A stretch of 64,000 bases of DNA from Leucoraja ocellata (taxonomy: Eukaryota), in assembly GCA_036785375.1 (NCBI GenBank), contig JAWMAR010000471.1, positions 62,001-126,000 of the forward strand. The letters are read 5' to 3'. The notes under the pieces are model-generated. The model did not search any database, was not told where the DNA came from, and saw only the letters and a program-made list of their open reading frames with translations. Position numbers and translations under genes: made by a program. Positions 51,239-63,298 of this stretch are shown here, one piece after another. The first letter of the stretch is position 1, and the number at the start of each line of letters is the position of its first letter.

Positions 51239-51673
51239 GGCCTCATGGCGCAGTAATATGTCGTCGAGTCCGAAAACTGCATCCCTGCGATATTTAAAGG
51301 AAATGTCTTGCTCCCTTTGTGTAAGACAGCAGAAAATCTGTCGGAGAAACCTGGACGTGGATGGGCTGGCCCCTCACTGAATCCTTTCAGCACATAGCTC
51401 GGCGCCTGACCGGGATATTGGATGTACCAAAAGAGAGTTGCACCACTTACTGCTGCGGAGTAGCTGCAATTTATCGCTGCGTTCTGCCCTTCCTCGACCC
51501 TCAGCGCAGCCGGACTCTGGGACACTGAATCTTCACCGACTCCTGTAACAATAAATACGACGCGTGATAACTCCTGGATAGGATCGGTCTCTGTTGACGG
51601 ACACTAACCATTTAAACACCAACTCACCTGGTCGCACGAGAATAATGATCAGGAAGGAGCAAATGGAGAACAT
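51239..51673 (-). CDS. TCR alpha/delta V segment B11 (near-identical to B10)
   Basis: Leader 51673-51628; V exon 51542-51239; RSS CACACTG(51238-51232)-23-ACAAAAACC. Confidence 0.92.
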
Positions 51674-51891
51674 GATTCCTAATTTGGACAGAACGCTGAA
51701 AGAATGGAGCGGCATTAGTGTTCTTCCGTCGTGTGTTCTGTGTGAATGAAACGAGAGAATAGACCGCTCACGAACCGTCTCCTTGGTGTGGTGAGTGTCA
51801 ATGAAGCGATTACCAGGGGAAGCATTTTATTTTGTGCAGAAGAGGGTGTTTCTATGATTCAGGACTGTTGATTGGCTACGTTCTCATAACT

Positions 51892-52091
51892 NNNNNNNNN
51901 NNNNNNNNNNNNNNNNNNNNNNNNNNNNNNNNNNNNNNNNNNNNNNNNNNNNNNNNNNNNNNNNNNNNNNNNNNNNNNNNNNNNNNNNNNNNNNNNNNNN
52001 NNNNNNNNNNNNNNNNNNNNNNNNNNNNNNNNNNNNNNNNNNNNNNNNNNNNNNNNNNNNNNNNNNNNNNNNNNNNNNNNNNNNNNNNNNN
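51892..52091. other. Assembly gap at the inversion axis (other N-gaps begin at 26126, 28269, 32956, 34667, 40731, 42352, 43728, 59072, 60906)
   Basis: Runs of N; V orientation flips from - to + across this gap. Confidence 0.95.
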
Positions 52092-52129
52092 ACACTGTTG
52101 CAGTGCGATCTGGGGTTCGAACAAAAACC
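52092..52129 (+). other. 23-RSS of a family B V hidden in the gap
   Basis: (C)ACACTG-23-ACAAAAACC, followed by CTCF-like TCACCAGAGGGCGC at 52153-52166. Confidence 0.85.
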
Positions 52130-53121
52130 ACCCGCGAGATTCCGGCGAACACTCACCAGAGGGCGCTGCTGCACGATACATCCATAGTACATCTGATGCA
52201 GGAGGGATCGGCCCCATAACGATCCGCATAATCTGCAATATCCCCACATTTTCCCATGGGAAACGCGTCGTATCCTCGTCACATCATTCCAAACAATCTC
52301 ATCACCCTGCTTCCTCCGTGTGCATATATTATGTGCATTTAGCGGCTGACGTAATGGATGGATGATCATTTCCTCTATCACAGAAACATCGAAACATAGA
52401 ACATAAGTGCAGTAGTAGGCCATTCAATATGATCATGGCTGATCATCGAACTCAGTATCCCATACCTGCCTTCTTTCCAAACCCCCTGATCCCTTTGGGC
52501 ATAAGGGCCACATCTAACTTGTTTGTTTCTATGTTTGTATGAACTTTTAAATATAGCCAATGAACTGCCCTCAACTACCTTCTGAGGCAGAAAATTCCAC
52601 AGATTCACCACTCTCTGTGTAAAATATGATTTTCTCGTCTCGGTCCTAAAATACTTTCCACTTATCCTTAAACTGTGACCCCTTGTCTGGATTTGCCCAA
52701 CACCGGAACAATCTTCGTGCATCTAGCCTGTCCAATCCCTTATGTTCATTATGTCCAGGGGAAAATAAATTCGCAGTTTCCTGAGAAACGAGTACGGACC
52801 TGTTATTGTCTTTCCTCCACAGATCATTCTTTAAAGATGATTTCCGTCAAAGAACCTGGTAATTATGGGAAACAGAAAGACGTGACTGTGCATCCATGCC
52901 GTCAGGGCGAGGGGTCGACAGAAGCCAGAGAACGCAAAGGATACAGAACGATGTGCATCCGTTGTGAGAGACGCGCCACTCATGCTCCGGGGAAACGCCC
53001 CTTAGTTTCCACGAATTAAAGAAATAGCAGCAGATCTCTGATTCCTCACAGATAACCGGCGTGCGGCACAAACGCCATCGAATTATTTCTCTATTCACCG
53101 ATTGTTCCCAAACCGAAGACC

Positions 53122-53565
53122 ATGTTGCCTATTTCGTCGTTTGTGATAATGATACTCGCGTGTTCCAGTGAGTCTCCATTTAAATGAATCTTCTGGGGTT
53201 TGTGACGTTGATTCTATTCCAGGAGGCTGGAATATAAACTTTTCATGTTTTGTTTGCAGGGCCAGTGGCGATGATCCAATATCGCAGTATCCGCCTGAGC
53301 TGACAGTTGAAGAAGGCGAAACTATAACATTGGAATGCAGTTACCCCGCAGCCTACATTGGCAGCACTGTCTTCTGGTACATCCAGTATCCCGGGCAAAT
53401 GCCAAGATATATATTGAAGAGATTCAGCACCGCGGGCGGAGACCGATCACCGGAATTTACAGAGAGATTTTCCGCCGTTCATCACAAAGCAAACAAGACG
53501 GTTCCTTTCACCATCTCCAGTGTCCTCGTCTCCGAATCTGCCGCGTATCTCTGCGCCATGGAGCC
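53122..53565 (+). pseudogene. TCR V segment D3 (inverted paralogue of D2; apparent 1-nt frameshift at exon start)
   Basis: Leader 53122-53167; V exon 53260-53565 has one G fewer than D2 after the acceptor; RSS CACATTG-24-ACAAAAACC; CTCF-like CCACCAGGTGGCGT 53631-53644. Confidence 0.75.
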
Positions 53566-55218
53566 CACATTGCTGCACAGATTGCGGTAGATCCGCACAA
53601 AAACCCAGCCCCGACAGTGGCAGCGAGTGACCACCAGGTGGCGTCCTCATCCGTGTGATGTGAAGGTGGGCAGGGGGGACATGTTCATGCAGATGTATGA
53701 CGTGAGTTATAAACCTCTGCTGCATGTAGTTTTCCCTAATGGTCCTCAAGTTCTCTGCAACTTGAATTGCTCGTCCTAGTATCCTCCTCGCGCAAGGTCC
53801 GACAATCTTCGACACAGCTTAATGCAGTTAACAGCACTATTGTCCATGCAGGGTGCCTGGTTAAGTCTTTCGGGGGCATTAGGTTTCCTGGTCAGACATC
53901 TCCCTTATACTTTGCACTGTATTCGCAACCCACTCTTCGAATGTGAACATGCGGATGATGGCAGTAATGTCGCCTCTAAATTATGTGCTAAGAAAAGGAT
54001 TTCATGGAACTGTGTACCATCGCAGGGCGAATAAATTCGCAATTTTGAGCGAAGCGATCTACCGAGCTCACATTACCTGCCTTCCAGAGGTTATTCTAGA
54101 AGAAGGCTCCCGTCAAAGAATCAGCAATTGGTCCGAGAAACCAGGGAGCAGCTGGAAGTCGAGGCACGGAGAGCGACAGCAAGAAGCGAGCGCAGGGAAA
54201 TGCACACGAATGTGCATCGGTTGTGAGAGACGGGCCAATCACCAACCGGGAAAAAAAACGCCCCTTAGTTTCCACGAAAGAAAAAACGTACATACAACGG
54301 AGCAGCTGGAAGTCGAGGCAAAGAAAGCGAGAGAGCGTCAGAAACCGGTGAGCGCAGGCAGATGCAGACGGATGTGCATTAGTGGTGAGACGAGATAGCA
54401 GTAACTACTTTCTTTAGTTTAAGGGTTTTTTTTTCCTTTTCCTTTTTCCTTTTTTTTTTGTCTTTTTATCTTTGTGTTAATTTGTTCCATTTATAAGTTT
54501 CCTTTTAAAGATTTAACTATATATACATAGAGACCGGGAGGTCATATATTCATCGTGTATTTTGACACTGGTCACATATTAGGTTATACCTGTTATTAAT
54601 ATAATCCTGATCCCTATTTATTAAGTTTCCTTTTGAAGATTTACATAGAAACATAGACACATAGAAATTAGGTGCAGGAGTAGGCCATTCGGCCCTTCGA
54701 GCCTGCACCGCCATTCAATATGATCATGGCTGATCATCCAACTCAGTATCCCGTACCTGCTTCTCTCCATACCCCCTGATCCCCTTAGCCACAAGTCCAT
54801 ATCTAACTCCCTCATAAATATAGCCAATGAACTGGCCTCAACTACCCTCTATGGCAGAGAGTACCAGAGATTCACCACTCTCTGTGTGAAAACGTAGAGA
54901 CCGGGATGTCTATATTTACGTAGAGACCGGGATGTCTATATTCATCGTGTATTTTGACTCTCATATTAGGTTAAACCTGTTATTATATAATCCTGATCCT
55001 TATTTGTCAATACCATTGTTATGTTTATCATTATTCTTTTTGTTCTGTTTTTTATTTTTTATTTTTCCTATTTTTGTGTGAAAAAAAACAATAAAAAGAT
55101 TTAAAAAGAAAAGAGATAACAATACAGCTGATCTCTGTTTCCTCACAGATAACCGGTCGGAGACAGGAACAGCGTCGAATTCTTCCTCTATTCACTGACT
55201 GTTCCCAAACCCAGGACC

Positions 55219-55655
55219 ATGTTGTGTATCACGTCATTGGTGCTAATAATACTCGGCTTTCCCGGTGAGTCTCTATTTAAGTGGCCCTACAGTGGACGGA
55301 GCCACTGATTCTATGCCAGAGCGCTGAGCGTTTTGTGTTTTGTTTGCAGGAGCCCGTGGCGATGATTCGATTTCCCAGAGTCCGCCTCAGCTGACGGTTG
55401 AAGAAGGACAAACGGTAACAATGAAATGTAGTTACCCAGCAGCTTACGACACTCGCCCTGCCTTCTGGTACATCCAGAATCCTGGAGACGCGCCCAGATA
55501 TATACTGAAGAAATTCAGCATCGACAGGGAGATCGCTCACCGGCTTTTACAGACAGATTTTCGGCTGATTATCAGAAAGCAAATAGGACGGCCCCTTTGA
55601 CTGTCTCCCGAGTCCTCGTCTCTGACTCTGCCGTCTACTTCTGTGCCATGTCGCC
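55219..55655 (+). pseudogene. TCR V segment D4 (1-nt deletion in CDR2 region)
   Basis: Leader 55219-55264; V exon 55350-55655 split over ORFs 55340-55600 and 55597-55809; RSS CACACTG-23-ACAAAAACC; CTCF-like TCAGCAGATGGCGC 55720-55733. Confidence 0.8.
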
Positions 55656-56425
55656 CACACTGTTGCAGAGATACCGCAGGCCCGAACAAAAACCTAGCCT
55701 CAGCAGATGCAGCGAGCGGTCAGCAGATGGCGCCCTCTCCCATGTGACCAGGGGAGATGTTTACTCAGCAAATGGACTACAAACCTGTTCTGCTGTTAGT
55801 TTTCCTTAATACCCTTGACGTTCTCCTAAACGTGAATTTCCCCTTCCACAGTAATACCCCCACTCAAATGCTCACAATCTCTGACCACCGTTATCCCGAT
55901 GATCTGCACGATTCCGCACGGAGTAACTGTTTATTTCTTCACGTGGATTATTTATCCTGGTTAGACTCCCCGCTAATACCTTCCGCTGCCCCCTCAATCG
56001 TTTGAAAACGTGGCAGAAGATCACCTCAATGTCGCTTCTAAATCCTGTTGACCAGAACAGGACATCAAGGCACTTCGTACCAACTGGGGGGCGAATGCAT
56101 TCGCAATTCATGAGCGATGCGAGGCACGGAGCTCACATTTCCTTTCCTCCGCCGGCCAATCTACAAGAAGGCTTGCATCAAAGAATCAGCAAATGGTGGG
56201 AGATACCCCGGAGCAGCGGGGCGCCGGCCAATCAGAGCGGGAGAAACCAGTCAGCGGAAGTGAATGCAGAAGGACGTGCATCAATTGTGAGAGGCGAGCC
56301 AATCATACGCCAGGTAAACGCCCTATAGTTTCCGCGAAATAAATAAACACACAGCATCTGATCTCTGTTCCTCTCAGATAACCGATTCGAGGCACGAACA
56401 TCCTCCAGTTATTAATTGAGTTATT

Positions 56426-56681
56426 TTAGAGATAGAGCGCGGAAACAGGCCCTTCGGCCCACCGAGTCCGCGCCACCCAGCGACCCCCACGTACACTGAC
56501 ACTATCCTACAAACTAGGGGTGGATTTACAATTTTCAGCAGCAAATTAACCAACAAACCTGCACGTCTATCGAGTGTGGGAGAACGTACAAACGTCACAC
56601 AGACAGCACCCGTGGTCAGGATCGAACGCGGGTTTCTGGCGCTTGAGGCAGCAACTCTACCGCTGCGCCACTGTGCCTCCC
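56426..56681 (-). mobile_element. tRNA-derived SINE (V-SINE/HE1-like) in D5 5' region
   Basis: Head GGCACAGTGGCGCAGCGGTAGAG (A box) ... GTTCGATCC (B box); 3' end GGGCCGAAGGGCCTGTTTCC. Confidence 0.8.
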
Positions 56682-56711
56682 TATCAGCCGACTGTTGCCA
56701 AACCAAAGACC

Positions 56712-57148
56712 ATGTCACGTATCTCGTCATTGATGATAATAATATTCGCGTTTTCCAGTGAGTTTCTTTTGAAATTGTGGTTCAGGGGTTTGTGACTTTG
56801 ATTATAGTCCAGGGGCTGAACGTTTTGTGTTTTGGTTGCAGGAGCCCGTGGCGATGATTCAATGTCCCAGTATCCGCCTGAGCTGACGGTTGAAGAAGAA
56901 CAAACCGTAACACTGAAATGCACCTACCCTGCAACTTACGGCGGTAACACTGCGTTCTGGTACATCCAGTATCCTGGAGACGCGCCCATATATATACTGA
57001 AGAAATTTAACAGCGAGAATGGAGATTGGTCACCGGATTTTACAGACATATTTTCGGCTGAATATCAGAAAGCAAACAGGACGGTTCCTCTAACAATCTC
57101 CCGTGTCCTCGTCTCCGACTCTGCCGTCTACCTCTGCGCCATGGAGCC
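56712..57148 (+). CDS. TCR alpha/delta V segment D5 (intact)
   Basis: Leader 56712-56757; V exon 56842-57148; RSS CACATTG(57149-57155)-23-TCAAAAACC; CTCF-like TCACTAGGTGGCGC 57213-57226. Confidence 0.9.
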
Positions 57149-57936
57149 CACATTGCTACAGAGATGCGGCTGATCCACTCAAAAACCCAGCCCCAACAGT
57201 TGCAGCGTGCGGTCACTAGGTGGCGCGCTCACACGTGAAATGGAAAGTGGTCGCCGGAAGATATTCTCAAGAACTCCTATCAAATGAGCTGTAAACCTCT
57301 GCTACAGTTTGTTTTCGCAAATTCTCCTCGAGCTTGTATTGTCCCTTCCCAGTAACCCCCTCACTCAAACGGTGACAATATTTGACCACCGATTCATGGA
57401 ATTAACAGCAGGATACTGGTACGGGATATTTGCTTATTTCGTCACGTGCATTAGTTCTCCTGGTCAGTACACTCCCGGATACTTTTCAATGTATCCGCAA
57501 TCCGCTGCTCGTTTGCAAACGTGTCAGATTATTGGAGTAATGCCACCTCTAAAGCATGTGCCGCAAACAGGATATCAAGTAACTATTGTACCAACTGGGG
57601 GAGAATTAATTCGCAATTTCCCGCGAAGCGAGGTACGGAGCTCGTATTTCCGTCCTCCACATTCTTTAAGAAGGCTGTACCTGCATGTTTACCTGCATGC
57701 TCACCTTAAGTGACTTGTTCATCAGTAACTCAAAGTAAGCATGCAGGCAGTACAGCAGGCAGTGAAGCAAGCGAATGGCAAGTTGGCCTTCATAAGAGGA
57801 GGAGTTGAGTGCAGGTACAAAGCGGTCCTCCTGCAGTTGGTAGACAAAAGTGCTGGATAAACTCAGCGGGTGCAGCAGCATCCGTGGAGCAAAGGAAATA
57901 GGCAACGTTTCGGGCCGAAACTCTTCTTCAGACTGA

Positions 57937-58440
57937 TGGACTTGTACGGGGTCCTAGTGAGACCCCACCTGGACTATTGTGTGTGGTTTTGGTCTCCAAA
58001 CTTGAGGAAGGACATTCTTGCTATTGCGGGAGTGCAGCGTAGGTTCACGAGGTTAATTCCCGGGATGGCGGGACTGTCATATATTCATTGATTGGAGCAG
58101 CTGTGCTTGTACACTCTTGAACTTTGAATGATGAGAGGGTTTCTTATTGAAACATATAAGATTATTAAGGGCTTGGACACGCTAGAGGCAGGAAACATGT
58201 TGCCAATGTTGGGCGAGTCCAGAACCAAGGCCACGGTTTAAGAATAAGGAGTAAGCATTCAGAACGGAGACGAGGCAATACTGTTTCACACAGAGAGTGG
58301 TGATTGTGTGGAATTCTCTGCCTCATGGCTGTGGAGGTTGGTTCTCTGGATACTTTCAACAGAGAGTTAGATAGAGTTCTTAAGGATAGCGGATTTAAGG
58401 GATATGGAGAGAAGGCAGGAACGGGGTACTGATTGTGGAT
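57937..58440 (+). mobile_element. CR1 LINE 3' fragment
   Basis: LYGVLVRPHLDYCVWFWSPNLRKDILAI peptide. Confidence 0.85.
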
Positions 58441-58461
58441 GGCGTCCTCATACTCATTGAT

Positions 58462-58993
58462 TATAGCGCAGAGCAAGATGCGCCACTCTGCGAAAAAAGC
58501 GTAGTATGACATGGGTGATTAATGACGCCATTTTATTGGGCTGCAATTTAGAATAATATTGATAAAATTTACGATAATACGAACTAAATGTGTGATGTGT
58601 TCGATGCTGTATAAAACACTGTTCCCTACAACACTGATTACATTAATGGTGGTAGAGCGGATCAATCTTTGGAACGGATTCCACCAAAGATACCAGAGGA
58701 GCATTGCCCGCTGCCTGGTGCCGGCCGCCTTCATCTGGTATCGGGGGGGGGTTCCGAGAATCAGTCCTGGATCAACTCAGGAGTGGAGGAAACGTGCCCT
58801 TCCCCCCAAATATACTAGAGGAGCCTCTAGTATCTTTGCTCTTCCCTACGACCTGATGTATGAGCAGATTGTATAACTGTGGAGTTCGTCCCCGCTACCA
58901 AAGATGTCGCGTTTGGCATAAACAAATGGCGGCCGTGACTGTACTACACGTCAGTCCATTGGATTTCGGAGTGGTCTATCTTGCTCCTCTATG
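58462..58993. mobile_element. Non-autonomous DNA transposon (MITE-like)
   Basis: Imperfect terminal inverted repeats ATAG..GAGCAAGAT...CCACTC / GAGTGG..ATCTTGCTC.CTAT. Confidence 0.55.
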
Positions 58994-59519
58994 ATTTTTG
59001 CTTTATATGATGGGATAAGTTGCAGACTTGATTATTAAAATCTAAGAATGTTGTAACATTGCTACTGCGAGNNNNNNNNNNNNNNNNNNNNNNNNNNNNN
59101 NNNNNNNNNNNNNNNNNNNNNNNNNNNNNNNNNNNNNNNNNNNNNNNNNNNNNNNNNNNNNNNNNNNNNNNNNNNNNNNNNNNNNNNNNNNNNNNNNNNN
59201 NNNNNNNNNNNNNNNNNNNNNNNNNNNNNNNNNNNNNNNNNNNNNNNNNNNNNNNNNNNNNNNNNNNNNNNNNNNNNNNNNNNNNNNNNNNNNNTTAACA
59301 TCAGTTATGAGAAAGTAGCAAATCACCAGTCCTGAATCATAGAAACGCCCTCTTCTGCACAAAATAAGATGCTTCTCCTGGTATTCGCTTCATTGACACC
59401 CACCCACCAAGGAAACGGATGGTGAGCGGTCTATTCTCTCGCTTCATTCACACAGAACACACGACGGAAGAACACTAATGCCGCTCCATTCTTTCAGCGT
59501 TCTGACCAAATTTGGAGAC

Positions 59520-59953
59520 ATGTTCTCCATTTGCTCCTTCCTGATGATTCTTCTCGTGCGACCAGGTGAGTTGGTGTTTAAATAGTTATTGTCCGTCAAC
59601 AGAGCCCGATCCTATCCAGGAGTTATCACTCGTCGTATATATTGTTACAGGAGTCGGTGAAGATTCAGTGATCCAGAGTCCGGCTGAGCTGAGGGTCGAG
59701 GAAGGGCAGAACGCAACGATAAATTGCAGCTACTCCACAGCAAACAGTGGTGCATATCTCTTTTGGTACATCCAATATCCCGGTCAGGCGCCTAGATATA
59801 TGCTGAAAGGATTCAGTGAGGGGCCAGCCCTGCCAAGTCCAGATTCTCCGACAGATTGTCTGCTGTCTTACACAAAGGGAGCAAGACATTTCCTTTAAAT
59901 ATCGCAGGGATGCAGCTTTCGGACTCGACGACATATTACTGCGCCATGACGCC
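59520..59953 (+). pseudogene. TCR V segment B12 (1-nt deletion in FR3)
   Basis: Leader 59520-59565; V exon 59651-59953; perfect RSS CACAGTG(59954-59960)-23-ACAAAAACC; CTCF-like CCACCAGAGGGCGC 60016-60029. Confidence 0.82.
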
Positions 59954-61317
59954 CACAGTGTTGCAGTGCGATCTGGGGTTCGAACAAAAACCACCCGCGA
60001 GATTCCGGCGAACACCCACCAGAGGGCGCTGCTGCACGACACATCCATAGTACATCTGATGCAGGAGGGATCGGCCCCATAACGATCCGCTTAATCTGCA
60101 ATATTCCCACCTTTTCCCATGGGAAACGCGTCGTATCCTCGCCAACATCATTCCAAACAATCTCATCACCCTGCTTCCTCGAGTGCATATATTGTGGCAT
60201 TTATCGGCTGACGTAATGGATGGATTAATATTTTAGAAACATAGAAAATAGGTGCAGGAGTAGGCAACTCGGCCCTTCGAGCCTGCACCGCCATTCAACA
60301 TGATCATGGCTGATCATCCAACTCAGTATCATGTACCTGCCTTCTCTCCATACCCCCTGATCCCTTTAGCCACAAGGGCCACATCTAACTCCCTCTTAAA
60401 TATAGCCAATGAACTGGCCTCAACTACCCTCTGTGGCAGAGAGTTCCAGAGATTCACCACTCTCTGTGTGAAAAAAGTTCTCCTCATCTCGGTTTAAAGG
60501 ATTTCCCCCTTATCCTTAAGCTGTGTCTCCTTGTCCTGGACTTCCCAAACATCGGGAACAATCTTCCTGCATCTAGCCTGTCCCACCCCTTAAGAATTTT
60601 GTAAGTTTCTAAAGATCCCCTCTCAATCTCCTAAATTCTAGAGAGTATAAACCAAGTCTATCCAGTCTTTCTTCATAAGACAGTCCTGACATCCCAGGAA
60701 TCAGTCTGGAATGAAAGTCTGACATCCCAGGAGTTTGCACTGGTAGCTTCTGGGGCTAAAGTTTGATCCACTGAAGCTAACAACGGTCAATCGATCGTCA
60801 CAAGATATGATTGGAATGGAAGGATATTGATGAGATGCGGGCAGAAATGATTATGTTGTATGTTCTAATTATTTTGCGGTGCGGTGCCTCTTGGATCTTC
60901 CGGAANNNNNNNNNNNNNNNNNNNNNNNNNNNNNNNNNNNNNNNNNNNNNNNNNNNNNNNNNNNNNNNNNNNNNNNNNNNNNNNNNNNNNNNNNNNNNNN
61001 NNNNNNNNNNNNNNNNNNNNNNNNNNNNNNNNNNNNNNNNNNNNNNNNNNNNNNNNNNNNNNNNNNNNNNNNNNNCTTTAACTTATGCCGAGTTAACATC
61101 AGTTATGAGAACGTAGCCAATCACCAGTCCTGAATCATAGAAACGCCCTCTTCTGCACAAATAAAATGCTTCCCCTGGTAATCTCTTCATTGACACCCAC
61201 CACACCAAGGAAACGGTTCGTGAGCGGTCTATTCTCTCGTTTCATTCACACAGAGCACACGACGGAAGAACACTAATGCCGCTCCATTCTTTCAGCGTTC
61301 TGTCCAAATTAGGAATC

Positions 61318-61744
61318 ATGTTCTACATTTGTTCCTTCCTGATCATTATTCTTGTGCGACCAGGTGAGTTGGTGTTTAAATGGTCATTGTCCGTCACAGA
61401 GCCCGATCCTATCCAGGAGTTATCACTCGTCGTATTTATTGTTACAGGAGTCGGTGAAGATTCAGTGTCCCAGAGTCCGGCTGAGCTGAGGGTCGAGGAA
61501 GGGCAGGACGCAACGATAAATTGCAGCTACTCCACAACTCCATACAGTCACTTTTGGTACATCCAACATCCTGGTCAGGAGCCGAGATATGTGCTGAAAG
61601 GATTCAGTGAGGGGCCGGCCCAGCTACGTCCAGGTTTCTCCGACAGATTTTCTGCTGTCTTACACAAAGTGAGAAAGACATTTCCTTTAATTATCGCAGG
61701 GATGCAGCTTTTGGACTCGACGACATATTACTGGCCCATGAGGC
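61318..61744 (+). pseudogene. TCR V segment B13 (second Cys replaced by Trp)
   Basis: Leader 61318-61363; V exon 61448-61744 ends YYWPMR; RSS CACACTG(61745-61751)-23-ACAAAAACC. Confidence 0.8.
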
Positions 61745-62856
61745 CACACTGTTGCAGTGCGATCTGGGGTTCGAACAAAAACCACCCGCGAGATTCCGGC
61801 GAACATTCACCAGAGGGCGCTGCTGCACGATACATCCATAGTACATCTGATGCAGGAGGGATCGGCCCCATAACGGTCCCGCTTAATCTGCAATATTCGC
61901 TCCTTTTCCCATGGGAAACGTGTCGTATCCTCGGCCACATCATTACAAACAATCTCATCACCCTGCTTCCTCGAGTGCATATATTGTGTGCATTTATCGG
62001 CTGAGGTAATGGATGGATTAACATTTTAGAAACATAGAACCTAGGTGCAGGAGTAGGCAACTCGGCTCGTCGAGCTTGCACCGCCATTCATTATGATTAT
62101 GGCTGATCATCCAACTCAGTATCCTGCACCTGCCTTCTCTCCATACTCCTGATCCCTTTAGCAACAAGGGCCACATCTTATTCCCTCTTAAATATAGCCA
62201 ATGAACTGGCCTCAACTACCTTCTGTGGCAGTGAATTCAAGAGATTCACCAATCTCTGTGTGAAAAATGTTTTTCTCATCTACTTCCCAAAAGATTTCCC
62301 CCTTATCCATAAAACTGTGGCCCCTTGTTCTGGACTTCCCCAACATCGGGAACAATCTTCCTGCATCTAGCCTGCCCAACCCCTTAAGGCTTTTGTAAGT
62401 TTCTATAAGATCCCCCTCAATATTCTAAATTATACCGAGTACACGCCGAGTCTATCCAATCTTTCTTCATATGATAATCCTGACATCCAGGAGTTTGCAC
62501 CGGTAGCTTCTCGGGCTGAAGGTTGATCCACTGAAGCTAACAACGGTCTATCGATAGTCACAATATATGATTGGAATGGAAGGATATTGATGAGATGCGG
62601 GCAGAAGTGATTATGTTCTATTTTCTGATTATTTTACTGTGCGGTTCCTTCACTTTGCGATGCCGTGTATCTCGGGGGGGCTGCAATACACCGCGCCGCC
62701 AGACAGCCGCGTCATACGGAGGGTGATTTCCCCTCCACGAAATATTCATTGAGATAGTTCATGAGGTTTATGTGTTTGAATTAAATCAGGTGCCAAATTT
62801 CTCTGTGATCTTCCGGAAGAACGTGTGAGGGCGTGAGAGAGAGGAAAAGAGAGAGA

Positions 62857-62893
<37 letters not shown>

Positions 62894-63121
62894 AGAGAGA
62901 GACAGAGAGAAAAAATTCAACAAACGGCAGGCGCTTTTACTTATGCCGAGTTAACATCAGTTATGAGAAAGTAGCCAATCAGCAGTCCTGAATCATAGAA
63001 ACGCCGTCTTCTGCACAAAATAAGATGCTTCCTATGATGTCCGCTTCATTGATACTCATCACACCAAGGAGACGGATAGTGAGCGGTCTATTCCCTCAGC
63101 ACGTTTACCAAATCAGGAGTA

Positions 63122-63298
63122 ATGTTCGACTTGTGGCCCTTCCTGGTAATTATGCTCGTGCGGGCAGGTTAGTGGGTATTTAAATGGTTAATATCCGTCA
63201 GAAAGGTCCAATCATCTTTCCGAAATGACAACGGCTCGTGTCCCTTGTTACAGGCATCTGTGAAGAGAAAGTGTCCCAGAGCCCGGCTGCGCTGAGGG
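63122..63298 (+). pseudogene. Truncated family C V (mirror of 36551-36727)
   Basis: Leader 63122-63167; exon from 63254 GICEEKVSQSPAALR with the same breakpoint. Confidence 0.85.

Noticed and set aside
27208-60200. Recurrent antisense ORFs (MPQYMHSRKQG..)
   Set aside because: Shadow frames of the duplicated V exon, RSS and flank.
26052-61133. ORFs containing X runs
   Set aside because: Artefacts of assembly gaps.
61276-62004. 242-aa intronless V ORF (processed gene?)
   Set aside because: The intron is still present with GT/AG. A 1-nt loss made it 84 bp and stop-free, and the V also lacks its second Cys.
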